Assembly (NCBI GenBank): GCA_031414595.1
Contig: JANNVX010000004.1
Coordinates: 1-64,000 of the forward strand
Direction of reading: 5' to 3'
From: Deinococcales bacterium
Lineage (GTDB): Bacteria > Deinococcota > Deinococci > Deinococcales > JAAFIG01
Length of the DNA: 64,000 bases
Position numbers and translations under genes: made by a program. The notes beneath the pieces were generated by a model, which saw nothing but the letters and a program-made list of their open reading frames with translations, had not been told where the DNA came from and did not search any database. This document shows, piece after piece, positions 57,707 through 64,000 of the stretch (within the stretch, counting starts at the first letter, position 1; each line of letters starts with the position of its first letter).

Positions 57707-60700
57707 ATGTCCACATACCGAATTGAAATCCGCAACCGTAATAATCTCGAGGTCAACCGCTCAAGACTATACTTTGTCAAAGCCCTAATTCTCGAGCAGC
57801 AAGCAGTCGAACGCCTCTGCCGTGAAGTCTTATGCGACCCTGTGACCGAATCATTTGTCGTGCAAACCGTAGGGGCGAGGCATGCCTCGCCCCTACAACC
57901 AAACATTTCTTTTTTTGAATTAACCCTCCAAGCTGGTGTAACCGATTCTGCCGCCGAAAGCCTGCTCGAGGCGGCAAAAATCTTAAGCATCCCGCTCGAG
58001 TCGGCTGCGACTGGCGAACGCTTTGAATATGCCCAAGAAACCACACTCGAGGAACTAAAAGTCTTAGCCCATGAACGTGCCAACGAAGTCATCGAACGCT
58101 TCACCTTAAACCAAGAAATCACCCCACCATTTGTTGAACACGCGAACCTTTCCAGCGCCGAAGTCGAGTACACCGATTTGCGTGGCGTAACTGATGCCCG
58201 TCTGCTTGAGGTATCCAAGGAACGCCGCCTAGCACTGGATTTACTCGAGATGCAAGCTGTTAAAGCCTATTATGAAAAAGAAAACCGCCCAGCCGCCGAT
58301 GTTGAACTCGAGATGATTGCCCAAACGTGGTCAGAGCATTGTGTCCATAAGACCTTTCGGGCGCGTATCGAAACCAACACGGGCGAAGTGGTGAATGGCT
58401 TACTGAAAACCTTTATCGCCAAAGCCACCAAAGACTTAAATAAATCGTGGGTGCGCTCAGCATTTGTAGATAACGCTGGAATTATCGAATTCGATGATGA
58501 TTATGATGTGGCTGTGAAAGTCGAAACCCATAATCATCCAAGCGCCCTCGAGCCGTTTGGTGGGGCAAATACCGGTGTCGGTGGCGTGATTCGTGATGTG
58601 CTGGCATTGGGCGCAAAACCGATTGCCAATATGGATGTCTTGTGCTTTGGGAGTCTCGAGCAGGAATCTGTGCCAGACGGTGTGCTGCACCCTAAACGTG
58701 TTCAAGAAGGTGTGGTGCGAGGCATCGAAGACTACGGCAATAAAATGGGTATTCCGACGGTCAATGGTGCGGTTTTGTACCACAAGGGTTATACCGCCAA
58801 TCCACTGGTGTACTGCGGTTGCGTGGGTATCTTGCCAGCCTCGGTTAAAAACGCTAAGCCGCTCGAGGCAAAAGCAGGGGATTTAATCATCGCTATCGGT
58901 GGACGAACTGGGCGCGATGGTTTGCGCGGCGCGACCTTCTCGAGTTTAGAAATGGACACCAGCACTGCCGAAATTGCCAGTACCAGTGTACAAATTGGGC
59001 AGCCAATCACCGAGAAAAAAGTTCAAGAAGTGTTGCTTCGAGCTAAAGCCGAAGGTTTGTATACCGCCATGACCGATTGTGGTGCGGGTGGCTTCTCGAG
59101 CGCCGTCGGAGAAATGGGCAAAGACCTAGGCGCGTACATTCGCCTCGAGAATGCGCTCTTAAAGTATCCCGGTTTGCGCCCATGGGAAATCTGGTTATCC
59201 GAAGCCCAAGAACGCATGGTGCTGAGTGTGCCGCAGGGGAATTTAGAACCTTTACAAACCCTGTGCGATTCTCAAGATGTTGAACTGGTTCACTTGGGAG
59301 AGTTCACCGACTCCGAACGACTTGTTCTAACCCATGAAGGCAAAACCGTTGGAGAACTTGACCTCGAGTTCCTGCATGAAGGCATTCCACAACGTCAACT
59401 AAAAGCCACTGTAGGGGAGAGGTATGCTTCGACCCTGACCGAGCGCGACCCTCGAGAAATAGACCCCGAAATAGATTTATTAAATTTACTAGCACACCCA
59501 AACATCCGTTCTCGAGAAAAAATTATTCGCCTTTTTGACCATGAAATCAAAGGCGGCACCGCTGTTCGTCCTCTGGTTGGTGCTGCCAATCATGGACCCT
59601 CCGACGCAGCCGTGATTATTCCCAATCCGGGCAAGTCCCAAAAAGCCTTGGCGATTTCTAACGGCATCTGCCCGCAATTTGGCTTGTCCGACCCCTACGC
59701 CATGACATGGGCAGCCATAGACGAAGCCGTGCGAAACGCGGTTTGTGTTGGCGCTGACCCAGACCAAATTGCTATTCTCGATAATTTTTGCTGGGGCAAC
59801 CCAACCCTGCCAGACCGCATGGGCAGCTTGCTCGAGACTTCACGGGCGTGTTATGACGCAGCGATGGCGTATGGCACACCATTTGTTTCGGGTAAGGACA
59901 GTTTGTACAACGAGTACACCGACGAGGACGGTAACAAACACGCCATTCCGGGAACGCTTCTAATCTCTGCGATTGGAATTGTGCCAGACGCAACAAAAAC
60001 TGTAACAATGGATTTCAAGCAAGCGGGTAATTTGGTCTATCTATTGGGCGAAACTCGAGATGAATTGGGTCAAAGCCATTACGCGCTCATGCACGGTCTC
60101 GAGGGTGGGATTGTACCGCAACCGATTCAGAATCCGCTCGAGCGTTACCGCGCTGTGCACCAAGCCATTCAAGAGGGTTTAGTCCAAAGCGCTCATGATT
60201 GCTCAGAAGGTGGTTTAGCCGTTGCCTTATCCGAAATGTGCCTTGCTGGACGGCTTGGGATGAACTGGCAACTGCTGGGGGACAACCAAGACCCTGTTTT
60301 TGATACCCAGACCATTTTATTTTCGGAAACGGCTGGTAGAATTGTTCTCGAGGTACGCCCAGAACACCAAGCACAACTCGAGATATTATTCGCGGGTATT
60401 TCACTCTCTCAAATTGGTTTGGTCACAGCCGAACCAGAATTCATTGTTTTTTTTGGAATGGATGAAGTCATAGAAACCCCCATTGATGTTCTCGAGATGG
60501 CATGGCGTGATGAAATCGCTCCAAATCCTGTTCCAACCGTAGGGGCGAGGCATGCCTCGCCCTTGCCCTCGCCCGTCGTAAAAGCAGGACAGACACAGGG
60601 GGCTGTCCCTACAAGTACAACAAAAACCAAAACCATAATTATTCATGCCAACGGCACAAACCGAGACCACGATGCAGCCTTGGCGGTTGAATTGGCTGGT

Positions 60701-61366
60701 GGAAACCCAGAAATTGTGCATTTGAACCAGCTTTTTGCTGGTCAGCGCAAACTCGAGGATTACGGTTTTTTAATTGTTCCTGGTGGTTTTTCGTATGGCG
60801 ACGACCTCGGGGCAGGGGTGATGTGGGCTTTGGCATTGCGTGAAGGTCTTGGCGAACAACTCGAGAATTTTGTCTCGAGCGGCAAGCCAGTCTTGGGGAT
60901 CTGCAATGGTTTCCAAACACTGGTAAAAGCGGGTGTCCTACCGGGCGGTTTTGAACCAAGAACCAGTACCCTGACGTACAACGCCCAAGGACATTTTGAA
61001 TGCCGTTGGGTGACACTCGAGGCGAATCAAAACTCGAGCAGTTTTTGGTTGGCGGGTTTAGATGATGGTCTGGACACACCCATTGCCCACGGTGAAGGAC
61101 GTTTCTTGTGTGATGATACAACCCTAGCGCATCTCGAGGAAAACAACTTAGTGGCACTGCGTTACCTTGGCGATGAATACCCCACCAACCCAAACGGCAG
61201 CCTCTCGAGAATCGCGGGAATTACCAACGTGGCGGGCAATGTGCTTGGGCTAATGCCGCACCCAGAAAATCATATTTTTGATTGGCAACATCCGCGTTAT
61301 CATCGTGGTGAGCGTGGGCGCAGTGGCTTGACGCTTTTTGAGAATGCGTTAAAGCAGATAAAATGA
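57707..61366 (+). CDS. purL: Phosphoribosylformylglycinamidine synthase, single-chain PurS-like + PurL + PurQ
   Basis: WSEHCVHK, KVETHNHPS, DCGAGG, SGKDS; glutaminase PGGFSYGD, GICNGFQ, LMPHPE; GGAGG RBS before ATG 57707. Confidence 0.96.
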   Translation: MSTYRIEIRNRNNLEVNRSRLYFVKALILEQQAVERLCREVLCDPVTESFVVQTVGARHASPLQPNISFFELTLQAGVTDSAAESLLEAAKILSIPLESAATGERFEYAQETTLEELKVLAHERANEVIERFTLNQEITPPFVEHANLSSAEVEYTDLRGVTDARLLEVSKERRLALDLLEMQAVKAYYEKENRPAADVELEMIAQTWSEHCVHKTFRARIETNTGEVVNGLLKTFIAKATKDLNKSWVRSAFVDNAGIIEFDDDYDVAVKVETHNHPSALEPFGGANTGVGGVIRDVLALGAKPIANMDVLCFGSLEQESVPDGVLHPKRVQEGVVRGIEDYGNKMGIPTVNGAVLYHKGYTANPLVYCGCVGILPASVKNAKPLEAKAGDLIIAIGGRTGRDGLRGATFSSLEMDTSTAEIASTSVQIGQPITEKKVQEVLLRAKAEGLYTAMTDCGAGGFSSAVGEMGKDLGAYIRLENALLKYPGLRPWEIWLSEAQERMVLSVPQGNLEPLQTLCDSQDVELVHLGEFTDSERLVLTHEGKTVGELDLEFLHEGIPQRQLKATVGERYASTLTERDPREIDPEIDLLNLLAHPNIRSREKIIRLFDHEIKGGTAVRPLVGAANHGPSDAAVIIPNPGKSQKALAISNGICPQFGLSDPYAMTWAAIDEAVRNAVCVGADPDQIAILDNFCWGNPTLPDRMGSLLETSRACYDAAMAYGTPFVSGKDSLYNEYTDEDGNKHAIPGTLLISAIGIVPDATKTVTMDFKQAGNLVYLLGETRDELGQSHYALMHGLEGGIVPQPIQNPLERYRAVHQAIQEGLVQSAHDCSEGGLAVALSEMCLAGRLGMNWQLLGDNQDPVFDTQTILFSETAGRIVLEVRPEHQAQLEILFAGISLSQIGLVTAEPEFIVFFGMDEVIETPIDVLEMAWRDEIAPNPVPTVGARHASPLPSPVVKAGQTQGAVPTSTTKTKTIIIHANGTNRDHDAALAVELAGGNPEIVHLNQLFAGQRKLEDYGFLIVPGGFSYGDDLGAGVMWALALREGLGEQLENFVSSGKPVLGICNGFQTLVKAGVLPGGFEPRTSTLTYNAQGHFECRWVTLEANQNSSSFWLAGLDDGLDTPIAHGEGRFLCDDTTLAHLEENNLVALRYLGDEYPTNPNGSLSRIAGITNVAGNVLGLMPHPENHIFDWQHPRYHRGERGRSGLTLFENALKQIK
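57869..57896. repeat. Perfect 28-bp REP palindrome in frame within purL
   Basis: GTAGGGGCGAGGCATGCCTCGCCCCTAC, read as VGARHASPL. Confidence 0.9.
59411..59435 (+). repeat. Degenerate REP in frame within purL
   Basis: GTAGGGGAGAGGTATGCTTCGACCC, read as VGERYAST. Confidence 0.7.
60539..60612. repeat. Inverted REP doublet in the PurL-PurQ linker
   Basis: GTAGGGGCGAGGCATGCCTCGCCC ... GGACAGACACAGGGGGCTGTCCCTAC. Confidence 0.85.
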
Positions 61367-61884
61367 CAAATCGGGAATTGTACCTTCATGTCAGTGCGAT
61401 TTGTCAGGGAACGACTCACTCACTCGAGGATTATTTACTTGCCTTGTATACCTTGACTAAAGATTGTCCAGAAGATTCTATTCCGATTGGCAATTTTGCA
61501 GCTTTTCTTGAACAGGCTTTTGTGATTGAACCCTTGCCTTTTGATGAACAATGGTTTGAGATAAGCGTCCTAACCCTCAATTCTTGGCATGAGCTTTTGG
61601 CTTTTCAGATTGCCGATTTACGACGAATGCGTGTGGCGGGTTTATTAGACGGAATGAATACTTATTTTGGGATAGATTCTTCAAGCGGTGTTCGTTGGTA
61701 CAATCTTGAACCCCTGACTTATTTGGAGTGTGCTGTACGGGGAACATTTGGCGGATACGAAGCCGATGAGGTAATTATTTTGGTCTCAAGCCCCGATGGT
61801 GATAACAGTGAAGTATTTGCAATTGAATCAATCAGTGAACATGACTTTTTTAATTTTTTACAGTGCGGCGCAACTTATGAATAA
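61363..61884 (+). CDS. Acidic hypothetical protein
   Basis: ATGA overlap with purL; YFGI....G.RWYN...YLECA pattern. Confidence 0.7.
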   Translation: MTNRELYLHVSAICQGTTHSLEDYLLALYTLTKDCPEDSIPIGNFAAFLEQAFVIEPLPFDEQWFEISVLTLNSWHELLAFQIADLRRMRVAGLLDGMNTYFGIDSSSGVRWYNLEPLTYLECAVRGTFGGYEADEVIILVSSPDGDNSEVFAIESISEHDFFNFLQCGATYE

Positions 61885-61904
61885 TTGCTTTAATCTAAGA
61901 CTAA

Positions 61905-62351
61905 TTAAAACCCAAATGCCTCGAGAACCACAGGCGGTATGCGTTTTGGGCGGTTGGTCACTGGGTCTATCCAAACCCAATTGGTTTTGATTTGTACCAA
62001 TAGCGCATTGTCCTCGAGCCGTCGCATTTCGTGGTAGCGCACAGCCCTGAATCCAGCGCATTCGGCTGTCCATGTGGTGTCCTCGAGCGTATCACCGAGT
62101 ATCGCCGATTTGTGGTACTTAATGATGTGTCCGTGAACCACGGGAACAATCCCTAGGCTTTTCATTTTATTAAATGGCATTCCGAGTTTTGCCGAGTGAA
62201 TTATTGCGGCAGTGTCGGCATAGCGCAGGTAAACACTGTTATTCACATGTTCGAGTTCGTCTATATCGGCAAGGGCAACAATAAAATCTTGTTTGTGATG
62301 CCGGCGCTCGGGGAGTGACGGGTCAAAGTTTTGAAATTCAAATTCGGGCAT
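61905..62351 (-). CDS. Acyl-CoA thioesterase (4HBT family)
   Basis: DIDELEHVNNSVY and WVWID...RPKRIP; leaderless TAGGCT. Confidence 0.9.
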   Translation of the reverse strand: MPEFEFQNFDPSLPERRHHKQDFIVALADIDELEHVNNSVYLRYADTAAIIHSAKLGMPFNKMKSLGIVPVVHGHIIKYHKSAILGDTLEDTTWTAECAGFRAVRYHEMRRLEDNALLVQIKTNWVWIDPVTNRPKRIPPVVLEAFGF

Positions 62352-62382
62352 TGGTAACAGCCTAGCATTTGTGACTCGAGAC

Positions 62383-62414
62383 AAAAAAGCGGCTACTCGA
62401 GGGCAGCCGCTTTT
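62383..62414. terminator. Intrinsic terminator after the ABC permeases
   Basis: AAAAAAGCGGCT...AGCCGCTTTT. Confidence 0.8.
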
Positions 62415-62461
62415 AGGGGTCTGGTTTTTAGCTTAAAACTAGAAGCTAGAAGCTGTCGTCC

Positions 62462-63334
62462 TTATCCTTTTGTCGCACCAACAGTTAAGCCACCAATAAA
62501 GTAGCGTTGTAGTGCAAAGAAAACAATTAAAGTTGGAGCGCAAGCGATGATGCTTCCTGCCACAATCAACGGGTAGTCGGTGGTGAATTGTCCACGTAAA
62601 TTGGCTAAACCAGTGGTGATGGGTTTTAAGGAGTTATCGGTGATTAAGACCAATGCCCAGAGGTAATCGTTAAAAATCCAAGTGAACTCGAGGGTAGCAA
62701 GGCTGGCGATCCCCGGCATCATTAACGGAAAAGCAATCCGTAGAAAAATTGTCCATTCGGTTGCGCCGTCTATCATGGCGCTTTCAAAGAGGCTGGCGGG
62801 TACGGTTTTCATAAAGTTTCGCAGTACAAAAGTGCAAAATGCCAGTTGGAAAGCTGTATGAAAGAAAATCAATGCCCAATAGGTGTTGTACACCCCTAGG
62901 TCGTTGGTCAGCTTAAAGACTGGCAGCAGCAGCATTTGAAAAGGCAGCAGTAAGCCAGCCACAAACATATAGTACAAGGGTTTGGCTAACTTAAATTGAA
63001 AACGAACCAAGGCATAAGCGCACATGCTGGCAAGCATGATGCAGCCAATTAGGGATGGGATGGTGACAATAAAGCTGTTTAAGAGGTATTTGTCTATGCC
63101 CATTTTGCCCCAAGCCTTTACATAATTATCTAAGGAGATGCTTTCGGGGATACTCCAGAACCCCCTTGCATTAAAGTCATCAAAGCCGCGCAAACTGGTC
63201 AGAATCGAACCAACAATTGGAATCAGCCAGATAAACGCACCAATCCAAACGATGGTCAGAATGATAGGATGAACGCCTCTTTTCTTTTCTTTTCTCGAGC
63301 CTGTGGTTGGAATATTTTTGGTAATGGCACTCAT
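62462..63334 (-). CDS. Carbohydrate ABC transporter permease
   Basis: EAA loop LFESAMIDGAT. Confidence 0.92.
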   Translation of the reverse strand: MSAITKNIPTTGSRKEKKRGVHPIILTIVWIGAFIWLIPIVGSILTSLRGFDDFNARGFWSIPESISLDNYVKAWGKMGIDKYLLNSFIVTIPSLIGCIMLASMCAYALVRFQFKLAKPLYYMFVAGLLLPFQMLLLPVFKLTNDLGVYNTYWALIFFHTAFQLAFCTFVLRNFMKTVPASLFESAMIDGATEWTIFLRIAFPLMMPGIASLATLEFTWIFNDYLWALVLITDNSLKPITTGLANLRGQFTTDYPLIVAGSIIACAPTLIVFFALQRYFIGGLTVGATKG

Positions 63335-64000
63335 TAGCTTTCCTCCTGTTTCATGACTTCACGTAAGTACAAGAAAATAAAGATGAGACTGATACCAAAC
63401 AGCACCACAGCTATACTGGCAGCGTATCCCATGCGGTAATCTTCAAAACTGAGGTACATGTAATTTGCCAGCACGTTACTCGAGTCAAATGGGTTGCCCC
63501 TGGTCATGATGTTGACCATATCAAATGAACGCAAGCTGTCTATAACGCTGATGACCACCACAATTGTGGTGACTGGCGCAAGCATTGGAAAGACCATGTA
63601 GCGAAACAGTGTCCAGCCTTCTGCCCCATCCATTTTAGCTGCCTCGAGAACTTCTTGGTCTACGGTTTTTAGCCCAGCCAAATAAAGAATCATCACATAG
63701 CCAACTTGTCGCCAAACGGCTGCACCGATGACACTCCAAATTGCTAGGTTAGGGTCGCCTAACCACTGAATTTTATAGGCTTCGTCGCCAATAAACAGTG
63801 ATAAGAAGGTATTCAGTAAGCCAGAACGTGGATTGTAAATGCCTTGCGCCCAAACCAAGGCGGTGACCACAGTGGCAAGCACAAGTGGCAAGTAATAAGC
63901 AACTTTGAGGAAACGATCAAATTTAACATCAGTGTTTAAGACCATCGCTAAACCAAGTCCAGCCGCAGGTGGAATGGTAATAAATACAAGTATCCAAAGG
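63334..64000 (-). CDS. Carbohydrate ABC transporter permease (5' end outside the window)
   Basis: EAA loop VLEAAKMDGAE; frame runs to the window edge. Confidence 0.9.
   Translation of the reverse strand, partial: LWILVFITIPPAAGLGLAMVLNTDVKFDRFLKVAYYLPLVLATVVTALVWAQGIYNPRSGLLNTFLSLFIGDEAYKIQWLGDPNLAIWSVIGAAVWRQVGYVMILYLAGLKTVDQEVLEAAKMDGAEGWTLFRYMVFPMLAPVTTIVVVISVIDSLRSFDMVNIMTRGNPFDSSNVLANYMYLSFEDYRMGYAASIAVVLFGISLIFIFLYLREVMKQEES

Noticed and set aside
535-62149. Many short ORFs antisense to or overlapping well-supported genes
   Set aside because: Shadow frames without RBS, motifs or independent support
62428-62455. Short AGCTAGA-like heptamer repeats
   Set aside because: Only two or three imperfect units and no supportable function
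1-64000. CRISPR arrays, tRNA/rRNA genes, integron attC arrays, prophage genes
   Set aside because: None seen by eye; the REP copies are dispersed and not regularly spaced, and no integrase is present

Overview
Chromosomal window from a bacterium that is most likely a Deinococcota member. This is inferred from protein similarity (Thermus-like XylA, AroC, ValS, paired M16 peptidases) and many leaderless genes (TAnnnT box 6-8 nt before the start codon). The hexamer CTCGAG is strongly over-represented. Contents: the right end of an ISAzo13-like element; a LacI-regulated GH32/ABC fructoside-uptake locus with visible operators; aroC; an Rpn nuclease; a NatAB-like exporter; glycolipid genes; an S8 protease plus TPR protein; xylA; nitroreductase; a kinase-ATPase-TPR protein; hup; a purine cluster (purF, purD-purM fusion, purB, purN, fused purL) interrupted by defence/TA-like genes; and a second sugar ABC transporter at the right edge. 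Best novelty candidate: an unannotated 58-aa secreted peptide (26740-26916, minus strand) directly upstream of a TPR-GGDEF diguanylate cyclase, resembling an RRNPP-style peptide/TPR-receptor cassette with c-di-GMP output. Its upstream region shares an operator-like motif with the S8 protease-TPR operon. Other notable items: a Val T-box separated from valS by about 5.2 kb of accessory genes including a type II R-M pair; an integrase-free islet flanked by a duplicated valS 3' end with a CTCGAG-containing junction; GTAG-type REP palindromes inserted in frame in PurL and a Nudix protein; and a 39-bp element nested inside two different REPs. All calls come from reading the sequence by eye; no database searches were run.
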